Shown: piece after piece, positions 1 to 8,939 of the stretch
How positions within the stretch are numbered: the first letter of the stretch is position 1
Layout: each line of letters opens with the position of its first letter
Source: an uncultured SAR86 cluster bacterium
GTDB lineage: Bacteria > Pseudomonadota > Gammaproteobacteria > Magnimaribacterales > D2472
Length of the DNA stretch: 64,000 nt
Direction: 5' to 3'
Assembly (NCBI GenBank): GCA_902563835.1
Contig: CACEZB010000005.1
Coordinates: 4,931 to 68,930 of the forward strand
Made by a program: the position numbers and the translations under genes
The notes under the pieces: model-generated
Database searches by the model: none
What the model was told of the DNA's origin: nothing
The model's input: the letters and a program-made list of their open reading frames with translations, nothing else

Positions 1-1
1 T

Positions 2-175
2 TTTGATATTGATAGATATGAATTAGCGAATATAAATTCACTTAATTTCTATATCCATGACATTTTGCAAGATGGAGTCTCATCTAATAATAGAAAAGAT
101 GGACAGGCGAAATCATTGGGAGAGTATTTAAGAGCAAAGAAAATTCAAGTACCTAAAATCATATTAGAGGAATAA
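2..175 (+). CDS. 3' end of an upstream gene (partial, function unknown)
   Basis: The frame is open from the window edge and ends at TAA 173-175. It translates to FDIDRYELANINSLNFYIHDILQDGVSSNNRKDGQAKSLGEYLRAKKIQVPKIILEE*. I recognise no family from 57 aa. Confidence 0.4.
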   Translation, partial: FDIDRYELANINSLNFYIHDILQDGVSSNNRKDGQAKSLGEYLRAKKIQVPKIILEE

Positions 176-181
176 ATAATT

Positions 182-967
182 ATGGAAAAACTGTCTTTAG
201 AAGGTTTAGATTTTCAGGCTACTAAATTAGATATAGCAAATCATATTATGACTATAACTCTTAATAGACCTGAAAAGAAAAATGCATTAAATAATGTCAT
301 GATGAATGAATTAAATTATTCACTTGCATATGCAAAACAAGAGCGTTCGATTAGAGTAGTCGTAATTGCTGCTGAAGGAGATGTTTTTTGCGCAGGCGCT
401 GACTTAACAAGAGCAGAATCAGAGTCAAATATTCCAAAAATAGAGGGCGTAGATGATATTAGCTTATCATTAAGGCATTTATACAAACCAGTAATATGTA
501 AAATTCAAGGCCCTGTTCTTGCTGGAGCCCTTTTAATAATTACAAATGCTACACATGCGATAGCTGTAAAAGATGCAAAATTTTCAGCCCCCGAAATCCA
601 TAGAGGTCTTTGGCCATTTATGGTGATGGCTGGTCTATTTAGGGTAATGCCAAAAAGAGCTGGACTTGATTTTATTATGAGGGGGCAACCAATAGATTCA
701 AAAAAAGCTGAGAATTGGGGCTTAATAAATAAATCAGTTAATAAAAAAGATTTAGACAAAAATGTAAACGCTTTAGCAGAAGAGTTAGCTAATTTAGCTC
801 CTGAAACTATGCAATTTGGTCTAGAAGCATATGAAAAACAAGATAGTAAAAGTTTTGATGAGGCGTTACCATATTTACAAAAACAGATTGCAAAATGTTT
901 TGAAGGTAAAGATGCAAAAGAAGGTATTGCAGCATTTCTAGAAAAAAGAAAACCTAAGTGGGACTAA
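182..967 (+). CDS. enoyl-CoA hydratase/isomerase (crotonase) family protein
   Basis: 261-aa ORF. Crotonase-type motifs are present: VVIAAEGDVFCAGADL and the C-terminal KEGIAAFLEKRKPKW. Confidence 0.9.
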   Translation: MEKLSLEGLDFQATKLDIANHIMTITLNRPEKKNALNNVMMNELNYSLAYAKQERSIRVVVIAAEGDVFCAGADLTRAESESNIPKIEGVDDISLSLRHLYKPVICKIQGPVLAGALLIITNATHAIAVKDAKFSAPEIHRGLWPFMVMAGLFRVMPKRAGLDFIMRGQPIDSKKAENWGLINKSVNKKDLDKNVNALAEELANLAPETMQFGLEAYEKQDSKSFDEALPYLQKQIAKCFEGKDAKEGIAAFLEKRKPKWD

Positions 968-1061
968 TCTAGAAAAAATTTAACTATTGTTTTTAAAAAT
1001 TAGAAATTATAGTATAAGTTGAGACATATCTCAGTTTATTTAAATTAACTAAGGATAAATT

Positions 1062-2306
1062 ATGAACCTAAATTATGGGCCTGAGTATGAAGATTTTACA
1101 AAGGAAGTTCAAAAATTTTGTAAAGAATACTCTGGCGTAATTATTACTAATAAAAAAGGCGGAGCGCTAACTTCTTTGAGCTCAATTACTAACTCGGATA
1201 AATCTGATGGAGCAAAGGTATCAAGATCTGAATGGCAAAAAATATTAATAAAAAATGGTTATTTTGCTAGGTCTATCCCAAAAGAATATGGTGGTTTTGG
1301 TGGAGATATAGATATTATTAAAAATCGAATTATTGCTGCTGAATTTGCTTCAAATAGAATACCCCCTCCAATGGGAGGTCAAGGCATAGATATGTTAGTC
1401 CCTACCCTTTTAGAACTAGGTACAGAAGAACAAAAACAAAAATATATAAAGCCTACTCTGTATGGAGAAATGATATGGTGCCAGGGATATTCAGAACCAA
1501 ATGCAGGAAGTGATCTAGCTAGCCTTCAAACCAAAGGTGAACTTATTGATGGAAACTGGGTTATTAATGGTCAAAAAATTTGGACTAGTACTGCGCAATA
1601 CTCACAGATGATGTTTTGCTTGGTTAGGACTGAACCTGATGCACCCAAGCATGCAGGAATCAGTTATTTATTAATACCAATGGATACTCCCGGTATTGAA
1701 ATCAGACCACTAGTAGATATGACCTTAAATGCTGGTTTTAATGAAGTATTTTTTACAGATGTAACTATACCTGAAGGAAATATTGTTGGTAAACGGGGTG
1801 AAGGTTGGACTGTTGCAAATGCTACACTTGGCCATGAGCGAGGATCTTTGACTGACCCAAATGCAACTATGAATAGGTTACATATGCTTATAGATAGAAT
1901 GAAAGAAGAAACCATTAATGGCAAAAAAGTAATTGAAAACCCAGCATATAGAGACAAACTAATTCAACTCCAAGGTAAAGTTATGGCATTCCAGTCCAAT
2001 TCCTTAAGAGTTTTATCAGCAAAACTAAATAAGGGGCAAGATGTAAAAATCGCAGGCATGATTCAAAAATTAATAGGAACTGAATTAAGACATGAACTTG
2101 AAGGATTTTGTATAGATGTTATGGGAGAGCTTGGAACTCTTTTTGAGGGCAGTCCTAATATTAGAGATGGAGGCTCATGGCAATTTACCTATATGTACTA
2201 TTTAGGATTAATAATAGGTGGTGGCACTAGCCAAATACAAAAGAATATAATTTCAGAAAGAGGTCTTGGCATGCCAAGAGAACCAAAAACTCAACAGGAA
2301 ACTTAA
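1062..2306 (+). CDS. acyl-CoA dehydrogenase (putative catalytic subunit)
   Basis: 414 aa. ACAD motifs are present: WCQGYSEPNAGSDLASL, GQKIWTS, and GGGTSQIQKNIISERGLG near the C-terminus. The Glu in LGHERG sits at the IVD/LCAD-type catalytic-base position. An AGGA-type SD precedes the ATG. Confidence 0.9.
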   Translation: MNLNYGPEYEDFTKEVQKFCKEYSGVIITNKKGGALTSLSSITNSDKSDGAKVSRSEWQKILIKNGYFARSIPKEYGGFGGDIDIIKNRIIAAEFASNRIPPPMGGQGIDMLVPTLLELGTEEQKQKYIKPTLYGEMIWCQGYSEPNAGSDLASLQTKGELIDGNWVINGQKIWTSTAQYSQMMFCLVRTEPDAPKHAGISYLLIPMDTPGIEIRPLVDMTLNAGFNEVFFTDVTIPEGNIVGKRGEGWTVANATLGHERGSLTDPNATMNRLHMLIDRMKEETINGKKVIENPAYRDKLIQLQGKVMAFQSNSLRVLSAKLNKGQDVKIAGMIQKLIGTELRHELEGFCIDVMGELGTLFEGSPNIRDGGSWQFTYMYYLGLIIGGGTSQIQKNIISERGLGMPREPKTQQET

Positions 2307-2307
2307 A

Positions 2308-3396
2308 ATGTATTTTGGATTATCAGAAGATCAAATATTTTTTCAAGATAACGTAAAAAAATTTCTAGAAGATAACGCCCCTCTTGATGCTGTAAAAAAA
2401 ATAACAGAAGGTGCAGATCTTGCTACTAAAGATGAATTGCATCAAGGTCTTATAAATTTAGGAATAAACAATATTTTAATACCCGAAGAAAATGGCGGAT
2501 TGGGTTTAGATTTACTGTTTGCATCTGCAGTTAGCCAAAGCCTTGGTGAAGGGATTGCAGCACTGCCTTTTGTGGGTCCATATGTTATTGCTCCAATAGC
2601 TATTAAATATGGAGCTAGCGATAGTCAAAAAGAAAAATTGTTTAATGAAATGTCTCAAAATTTAATTAATTGTGGAGTTGGTTTTTCTGAATATTTTGGA
2701 TCTAGAGATTCAAGCGACTTATCTATTTCTAATAATAAAATAACAGGTAGGACTTTATTTGTTCTTGATGTTGATTTTGCTTCTCATGTAATGCTTTGCG
2801 ATAAAAAAGGACAAATTGGATTGGTATCTTTAAAGTCAAAAGGTATTGAAATAATTGATCTTACAACCGTTGATAAAACTAGAACATACAAAGAGATGAT
2901 CTTTAAAGATACTCCTATAGAGATTTTAGATAAAACAAAGACTTCAACCGAAGCTGCAGAGATGGCTCTCAGTGCAGGAAGAATCGTTGCTGCTGCTGAT
3001 TCGTTAGGAGCATCTCAGGCAATGATAAATAAAGCAGTAGAATACTCAAAAGAAAGAAAACAATTTAATAGAGTCATTGGCTCTTTCCAAGCTGTCAAGC
3101 ATATGTGCGCAGAAATGACAGCTGAGCTAGAGCCTTGTTATTCTCTTGTGTGGCACGCAGCACATAGCTTTGATGATTCTCATGAAGATTCAAAATTAAT
3201 GGCATGCCTGGCAAAATCTCATACTTCAGACGTATCAAAAATGGTCTCAAAGAAGGCTACTGAAGTTCATGGAGGAATGGGGTTTACTGACTTACTTGGT
3301 CTTCATTTTTGGTTTAAAAGAATCGGGCTAAATAGACATATTCTTGGTTCTCCAGAAATAGTCAGAGAAGAAGCTGCAAAAGCCCAAGGTTTATAA
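2308..3396 (+). CDS. acyl-CoA dehydrogenase family protein (possible non-catalytic partner subunit)
   Basis: The ATG at 2308 lies 1 nt after the upstream stop (2304-2306). The ORF-track start at 2266 would overlap the upstream gene by 41 nt. ACAD C-terminal motifs are present (FQAVKHMCAEM, HGGMGFT). By manual alignment, both usual catalytic Glu positions are replaced: SAGRIV instead of xxER, and ILGSPEI instead of IYEGTxEI. Confidence 0.85.
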   Translation: MYFGLSEDQIFFQDNVKKFLEDNAPLDAVKKITEGADLATKDELHQGLINLGINNILIPEENGGLGLDLLFASAVSQSLGEGIAALPFVGPYVIAPIAIKYGASDSQKEKLFNEMSQNLINCGVGFSEYFGSRDSSDLSISNNKITGRTLFVLDVDFASHVMLCDKKGQIGLVSLKSKGIEIIDLTTVDKTRTYKEMIFKDTPIEILDKTKTSTEAAEMALSAGRIVAAADSLGASQAMINKAVEYSKERKQFNRVIGSFQAVKHMCAEMTAELEPCYSLVWHAAHSFDDSHEDSKLMACLAKSHTSDVSKMVSKKATEVHGGMGFTDLLGLHFWFKRIGLNRHILGSPEIVREEAAKAQGL

Positions 3397-3407
3397 AAAA
3401 AATATAA

Positions 3408-5447
3408 ATGCGTTATTTATATATTCTTACAATTATTTTAGCCATCAGCATATACGCTGATAGTTACAATAAAATTGAATTAAGTGAAACTAAAAAAGAG
3501 TTGAGTTATGAAATCTTTAAGAAACTTGAAAAAGAACATTATCTCCGAAAAATTGATAAAGATAATCTTAATTCTCAATATTTTGAAGCAATATTCGACA
3601 GACTAGATAAAAATAAAAATTATTTTATTGCTAATGAAGTTCAAAAATATTTAATAAAATCTAAAGAAAATGAGGTAAAGAATTTTGATATTGAACTTGC
3701 GTATGACTTAATAAATTTATATTTTGAAAGATTAATTGAATATTCTGAGTTCCAAATAAATTTAGTACAGACTGTAGATTTTGATTTTACTAAAGATGAA
3801 TATTTAGATATTTTTTATGAAGATAACCAATGGTTCACTACTTTTAAGGATCTTAAAGATTTATGGCGTTTAGAAACTAAAAATGATTTATTGGTCGCAA
3901 AGATTTCGGACTCTTCTAGCTCAGATCCAAAAGTTGATTTAGTTAAAAGATATCAAAATAGAATAAGGCGAATTAATCAACAAAAAGAAGAGGATATATT
4001 TTCTCTTGCAATAAACATCTTAACCAATCAATTTGACCCTCACTCTTCATATCTTTCTCCAAGATCAGCTGAGGATTTTGATATGAATATGAGTTTAAAA
4101 TTAACAGGTATAGGTGCATTACTTGGTGTTGAAGATGACTATACAAAAATTATTAGCTTAGTTCCTGGTGGGCCTGCAGAAAAATCTGGAAAAATTAAAC
4201 CAGAAGATAGAATAGCAAAAATAAAACAAAAAAATTCAAAAGAATTTATTGATGTTGTAGGCTGGCGTATTGATGAGGTGGTTGACCTTATTAGAGGAGA
4301 AATAGGAACTGAACTTGAAATAGAGTTCATCTCATTTGATTCTGAAGATGATACAAGAAAGTTAGTCACTCTTAAAAGAGAAGAAATAAAACTAGAAGAT
4401 AGGGCTGCAAAATCAGAAATTGTTGAAATAAATAATAATAAGATTGGGATAATTGATCTGCCCTCTTTTTATATAGATTTTGATGAATACCAAAAAAGAA
4501 ATAAGGAATATAGAAGTAGTAGTAGAGATGTAAAAAATATACTGAAAGATTTTAATAATTCAGGCGTAGATGCTATTGTTCTAGATCTTAGAAATAATGG
4601 TGGTGGAGCCTTAATTGAAGCTAATAGAATAATTGGTTTATTTATTTCATCAGGACCTACAGTCCAAGTAAAGCAAAAAAGAGGTTATATCCAACCATAC
4701 GGCGATACCAGAGCAATTCAAGAATGGGATAAGCCATTACTGGTTTTAGTTAATCGTTATTCAGCATCGGCATCAGAAATAGTAGCTGGAGCAATTCAAG
4801 ATTATCGAAGAGGTATTGTTGTTGGCCAGAGAACATTTGGAAAAGGAACTGTTCAAAGCTTGGAAAATTTATCAGAAGGACAAATAAAAATAACAGAATC
4901 AAAATATTACAGAGTCAATGGAATGAGTACTCAAAATAAAGGTGTTATTCCAGACATTGAACTTCCATCAACTTGGGATATTGAAAGCGTTGGCGAAAGC
5001 TCATACCCTACAGCTCTTGAATGGGATGTAATTAGGCCTTATAGACATAATAAATTTAAACTGAATAAAAACTTAATTGGGGAAGTAATAAATCAATTTG
5101 AATTGAGGCTAAGTGATGAGCCAAACCTTAATTATCTTAAACAAGTAAGAGAAAGATATGACTTAAATAAAAATAAAAAGTTAATCACTTTGAATATTGA
5201 AAATAGGCAAATACAAAAAGAACTAAGAAAAGATTGGTTACTTGAAATCGAAAATAAAAGAAGAGAGGCCAATGGTCTAAAGGTATTTGCATCCTACAAA
5301 GAAATGGAAGATTTCAACGATGATGAAGAGAATTTCAATGAAAATCTAATTGACCTTAAAAATGATTATGAGTTATTAGAATCTACTAAAATTATTAATG
5401 ATTTTATAAATTTAAGTAAGGATACTATGCTATCTTTTACCAAATAA
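3408..5447 (+). CDS. prc: carboxy-terminal processing (tail-specific) protease, S41 family
   Basis: 679 aa, close to E. coli Prc in size. There is an N-terminal hydrophobic leader and a PDZ-like segment (GIGALLGVEDDYTKIISLVPGGPAEKSG). The S41 core is present (LVNRYSASASEIVAGAIQDY, GQRTFGKGTVQ). Confidence 0.85.
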   Translation: MRYLYILTIILAISIYADSYNKIELSETKKELSYEIFKKLEKEHYLRKIDKDNLNSQYFEAIFDRLDKNKNYFIANEVQKYLIKSKENEVKNFDIELAYDLINLYFERLIEYSEFQINLVQTVDFDFTKDEYLDIFYEDNQWFTTFKDLKDLWRLETKNDLLVAKISDSSSSDPKVDLVKRYQNRIRRINQQKEEDIFSLAINILTNQFDPHSSYLSPRSAEDFDMNMSLKLTGIGALLGVEDDYTKIISLVPGGPAEKSGKIKPEDRIAKIKQKNSKEFIDVVGWRIDEVVDLIRGEIGTELEIEFISFDSEDDTRKLVTLKREEIKLEDRAAKSEIVEINNNKIGIIDLPSFYIDFDEYQKRNKEYRSSSRDVKNILKDFNNSGVDAIVLDLRNNGGGALIEANRIIGLFISSGPTVQVKQKRGYIQPYGDTRAIQEWDKPLLVLVNRYSASASEIVAGAIQDYRRGIVVGQRTFGKGTVQSLENLSEGQIKITESKYYRVNGMSTQNKGVIPDIELPSTWDIESVGESSYPTALEWDVIRPYRHNKFKLNKNLIGEVINQFELRLSDEPNLNYLKQVRERYDLNKNKKLITLNIENRQIQKELRKDWLLEIENKRREANGLKVFASYKEMEDFNDDEENFNENLIDLKNDYELLESTKIINDFINLSKDTMLSFTK

Positions 5448-5449
5448 AT

Positions 5450-6262
5450 ATGAAAATAGTATCTTTTAACATCAATAGTATTAGAGCAAGACCTCATCAG
5501 ATTGAGCATTTAAGAGATACTATTGATCCTGATGTTATTGGACTTCAAGAAACTAAAGTTAATGATCCAGAGTTTCCAATAGAGGTAATAAATGATATCG
5601 GGTACCACGCAGAATATCATGGCCAAAAAGGTCATTATGGGGTTGCCATCCTAAGTAAATCCAAACCCCTTAATACGGTTAAAGGTTTTAAGAATGACAC
5701 CGAAGAAGATCAAAAGAGATTTATTCAATCAACATTTAAATATGGTAATGATGAGTTAGTTATTATGAACGGTTATTTTCCTCAAGGTGAAAATATAAAA
5801 CATGAAACAAAGTTTCCGAAAAAAGTTAAATTCTATGATGATCTGAGGCAACATATTGCTGAACTAAAAAGCCAATCATCAAATCTTATTGTTATGGGAG
5901 ATTTTAATGTTTCTCCTGAAGATATTGATATAGGTATAGGTGAAGTAAATGCTAAAAGATGGTTAAGGGAAGGAAAAACATCATTCCAGCCCCAAGAAAG
6001 AGAAATGTGGAACACTATAAAGGACTTAGGCTTTGTTGACTCTTGGAGGGTTATAAACCCTAATGATTCTTTGACATATTCGTGGTTTGATTATAGATCT
6101 AGAATGTTTGATCAAGACCCAAAAAGAGGACTTAGAATAGACCATATCCTACTATCAGTAAACCTTTCAGACAAAATTACTGAAGTTGGTATTGATTACA
6201 AAGCAAGAGCAATGGAAAAACCATCTGATCACTGTCCAGTATGGTTAGAGCTCAATGAATGA
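5450..6262 (+). CDS. xthA: exodeoxyribonuclease III / AP endonuclease
   Basis: 270 aa. Motifs: MKIVSFNINSIRAR, GLQETK, MGDFNV, RIDHILLS, and SDHCPVW at the C-terminus. Confidence 0.9.
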   Translation: MKIVSFNINSIRARPHQIEHLRDTIDPDVIGLQETKVNDPEFPIEVINDIGYHAEYHGQKGHYGVAILSKSKPLNTVKGFKNDTEEDQKRFIQSTFKYGNDELVIMNGYFPQGENIKHETKFPKKVKFYDDLRQHIAELKSQSSNLIVMGDFNVSPEDIDIGIGEVNAKRWLREGKTSFQPQEREMWNTIKDLGFVDSWRVINPNDSLTYSWFDYRSRMFDQDPKRGLRIDHILLSVNLSDKITEVGIDYKARAMEKPSDHCPVWLELNE

Positions 6263-6693
6263 TATTGAATTTAGAGCTCCATTAAATTCAAAAGAATTTA
6301 AAGAATATGATTTATTTAGATGGAAAATCCTACGAAAACCTATTGGTAAAGAAATTAATTCTCTAAAAGATCGATATGAAGAATCTAGTTTCCATCTTAT
6401 AGGAATTAAGGATGAAATAATAATTGGGTGCGGGAGATTACATTTTAATAACAAAGATGAAGCACAAATCAGATATATGGCTGTAGAAGAGCGTTATCAA
6501 GGCAGAGGAATTGGGAAAAAAATCCTAGAACTACTGGAAAAAAATGCTAAAAAAAATAATGCTAAAAAAAATTATCTTAAATGCTAGAGATCATGTGTTA
6601 AGTTTTTATAAATCTTCAAACTATATTGCAATTGGGAAATATGACGGTTCTGATACTGGTATTCCTCATACCAGAATGGAAAAAAAAATATAA
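6255..6693 (+). pseudogene. GNAT family N-acetyltransferase interrupted by a 1-nt frameshift in a poly(A) tract
   Basis: Frame 1 (6255-6587) carries GNAT motif A (MAVEERYQGRGIGKKILE) and then stops after ...NAKKNNAKKNYLKC*. The +1 frame continues from about 6571 as KKIILNARDHVLSFYKSSNYIAIGKYDGSDTGIPHTRMEKKI* and ends at TAA 6691-6693. That is a typical GNAT C-terminus. Removing one A from either A8 run (6549-6556 or 6564-6571) restores one 145-aa ORF. Confidence 0.7.
6543..6572 (+). repeat. perfect 15-bp tandem duplication (aatgctaaaaaaaat x2) inside the GNAT gene
   Basis: Read directly: 6543-6557 is identical to 6558-6572. Each copy contains an A8 run and encodes NAKKN. Confidence 0.95.
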
Positions 6694-7149
6694 TTATCTT
6701 TTAAGGGCAAAAAATTCTTTAAGTAATATAGAACTTTCATCTGCAAGTAATCCAGATTTATATTTTACTTTATGGTTTAAAAAATCTTTATCTAAAAAAT
6801 TATCTATAGAATTAATACTGCCAGTTTTTGGTTCATGAGCTGCAAAAACTAATGACTTCAATCTAGCATCAACGATTGCTTTTGCGCACATATGGCAAGG
6901 CTCTAAAGTTACATACATGGTGCAATCATTAAGTCTAAAATTTTCTATTTGTTTTGATGCATCTTTAATAGCATTAATCTCTGCATGTGAACTAACATCA
7001 TTATCTATAATTACTTTATTGAACCCTCTTCCAATAATTTTACCTTCATAAGCAATGATGGCTCCTACAGGGACCTCATCTAATTTAAAAGCTTTCCTAG
7101 CTAAATCAAGAGCATTATTCATATAAGATATATCTTGTAAAGAAAACAC
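6694..7149 (-). CDS. tadA: tRNA-specific adenosine deaminase
   Basis: 151 aa. CDA zinc motifs HAEINAI and PCHMCAKAI are present. The stop codon abuts the GNAT stop with 0 nt of spacing. Confidence 0.9.
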   Translation of the reverse strand: MFSLQDISYMNNALDLARKAFKLDEVPVGAIIAYEGKIIGRGFNKVIIDNDVSSHAEINAIKDASKQIENFRLNDCTMYVTLEPCHMCAKAIVDARLKSLVFAAHEPKTGSINSIDNFLDKDFLNHKVKYKSGLLADESSILLKEFFALKR

Positions 7150-7151
7150 TT

Positions 7152-7679
7152 CTATTTAAAAAATTCTATATTTGCTATATCTAATTGTGCATTAAAATCT
7201 TTGCCATATGCAGCAAATGCAATGGTCTTAATCCTATTAACGTTCATATTTTTTTTCATATAAAAATTTGATTTTTTAAAATTACTAAAAGGTATTTCTA
7301 TCACTGACCAGTCTGCTTCTGGTTCAAAGGAAACAAGATATCTATCCCATGGAAATCTAGATGCTGGAGTTCTTATCCAAATATAATATTTATCTTTTGT
7401 TCCTCTAACCTTAATTCTAAGACCTTTATAGCCATTTGTATTTTCTTTAATCCTAACTACAGATTGAATAAATCCGCCATTATTCGCTGTACTAACAACA
7501 CCTTCAAGTCTGTAAAATTTGTTACCTTCTTCTTCTAGTTCATAGAAGTTAACTTCTGAGACTCCACCCATTACTTGATCAGAAATCATGGCCCAGTCAC
7601 CCCTAATGTCATCTAAGTTATCTATAGGCATCGAATAAATATTAAAACTGAAAAAAAATATTAATAATATTTTAGTCAT
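7152..7679 (-). CDS. CIA30-domain (complex I intermediate-associated protein 30-like) secreted protein
   Basis: 175 aa. It has an N-terminal signal-like leader (MTKILLIFFFSFNIYS) and a WAMISDQVMGGVS motif typical of the CIA30 domain. Confidence 0.65.
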   Translation of the reverse strand: MTKILLIFFFSFNIYSMPIDNLDDIRGDWAMISDQVMGGVSEVNFYELEEEGNKFYRLEGVVSTANNGGFIQSVVRIKENTNGYKGLRIKVRGTKDKYYIWIRTPASRFPWDRYLVSFEPEADWSVIEIPFSNFKKSNFYMKKNMNVNRIKTIAFAAYGKDFNAQLDIANIEFFK

Positions 7680-7681
7680 TT

Positions 7682-8833
7682 CTAATCCAAATGGTTTTCT
7701 TTATCGGCTTGAAACCAGGGCAGTGATACAACAGTAGAAGTTAAATCTCCATTAGGCGATGCAACCGAAACAGTTGTTCCTTCTTCAGCAAAATCAATAT
7801 CAATAATTGCTAGTCCGATATTTTTTTTAAGCCTAGGTGAGAAGAATGCTCTTGATAATCTTCCTACTTTCTTATTATTACTTTTCACTGACCAAAAGTT
7901 TTCAGGAGCTTTGAAAATTGGTTCGCCTTCTAATTCAACTCCAACTAATTTCTCAGTTAGCCCTTTTTCCTTGATAGCCTTTAATGCTTCTTTACCAATA
8001 AAATCTATTTCTTGATCAAGATTGACTAATCTCCCTAATCCAATAGTAAAAGGGTTATGCTCTCTTCCAAAATCACCACCATATGACAAAATACCACCTT
8101 CAATAGATCTAATTACATTTGGAGCAATCACCCTACCATTAAATTCTTGAGCAGCTTCATAAACTATTTCAAATAATTTATTTCCCATTTTCCTATCTTG
8201 AAGGTACAGCTCATAACTTAATTCACCACTCCAACCAGTTCTTGCAATAACCATAGGAATATCTTTTAGAGAAGTTTGTTTTGCTTTGTAATAACCCAAT
8301 TCATCATGCTCTCCATTAAAAAGCTTTTGAATAAGTTTACCTGCTTTGGGTCCACTGATTTGTAGAGGCGATACATCTGGTTCATGAATATGTACATTCA
8401 TGCCAGAATTAATTGCTATTCCTTGTAACCATAGAATTACATCACCGTCTCCAGGCGATATCCAGAACTTTTCTTCTTCTAACCTAAGCAAACAAGCATC
8501 ATTAACTATTCCTCCATTCATATCTGTCAAAAGAATATACTTACATGATCCTATTTCACACTTTTCTAAATTTCTTGGTTGTACGTAACGCACAAAATCA
8601 TGTGCGTCTGGTCCATTAATTTCTATTTGTCTCTCACCAGCAAAATCACCAAAAGTAACGTCATTAACTAAACTATGGTATTCCTTTTCAGGCCCTGAAA
8701 ACCCTGTTGGTAAATACATTTTGTTATATACCGTGAAGCCAGAAACTCCGTACTTTAAATCAGACTCATAATAAGGTGATTTTCTTATTCTTGATCCAAT
8801 CCCAATAAGTAATGGTAATTTTGATTCTGTCAT
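7682..8833 (-). CDS. GcvT-family aminomethyltransferase, DmdA-like (candidate DMSP demethylase)
   Basis: 383 aa. Folate-dependent aminomethyltransferase architecture: ERQIEINGPDA, EPDVSPLQISGPKA, ARTGWSGELSYELY, IEGGILSYG. The N-terminal RKSPYY...GFTVYNKMYLPTGF pattern resembles what I recall for DmdA rather than canonical GcvT. Confidence 0.75.
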   Translation of the reverse strand: MTESKLPLLIGIGSRIRKSPYYESDLKYGVSGFTVYNKMYLPTGFSGPEKEYHSLVNDVTFGDFAGERQIEINGPDAHDFVRYVQPRNLEKCEIGSCKYILLTDMNGGIVNDACLLRLEEEKFWISPGDGDVILWLQGIAINSGMNVHIHEPDVSPLQISGPKAGKLIQKLFNGEHDELGYYKAKQTSLKDIPMVIARTGWSGELSYELYLQDRKMGNKLFEIVYEAAQEFNGRVIAPNVIRSIEGGILSYGGDFGREHNPFTIGLGRLVNLDQEIDFIGKEALKAIKEKGLTEKLVGVELEGEPIFKAPENFWSVKSNNKKVGRLSRAFFSPRLKKNIGLAIIDIDFAEEGTTVSVASPNGDLTSTVVSLPWFQADKENHLD

Positions 8834-8939
8834 TTTTAACTCTAAAATTTAGTGCTATTTTAATCGTAAAATATCCGCTGAGTAAATGCATTATTCTAAT
8901 ATTTAGATTATCATTTATATCTCATAATTAGGGGCAAGA

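Noticed and set aside
1005-1035. Short inverted repeat TGAGA-cata-TCTCA upstream of the first ACAD, as a possible FadR/TetR-type operator.
   Set aside because: The arms are only 5 bp in an AT-rich spacer, so the repeat is easily produced by chance. No regulator gene is nearby. I note it but do not call it.
2266-2307. Longer N-terminus (MACQENQKLNRKLK...) for the second ACAD, as listed in the ORF track.
   Set aside because: It would overlap the first ACAD by 41 nt. The ATG at 2308, 1 nt after the upstream stop, gives a typical ACAD N-terminus (MYFGLSEDQ...).
6626-6838. 70-aa plus-strand ORF downstream of the GNAT gene.
   Set aside because: It overlaps the GNAT C-terminal frame and the 3' end of tadA, and its translation is hydrophobic low-complexity sequence. 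The GNAT +1 frame explains the region better.
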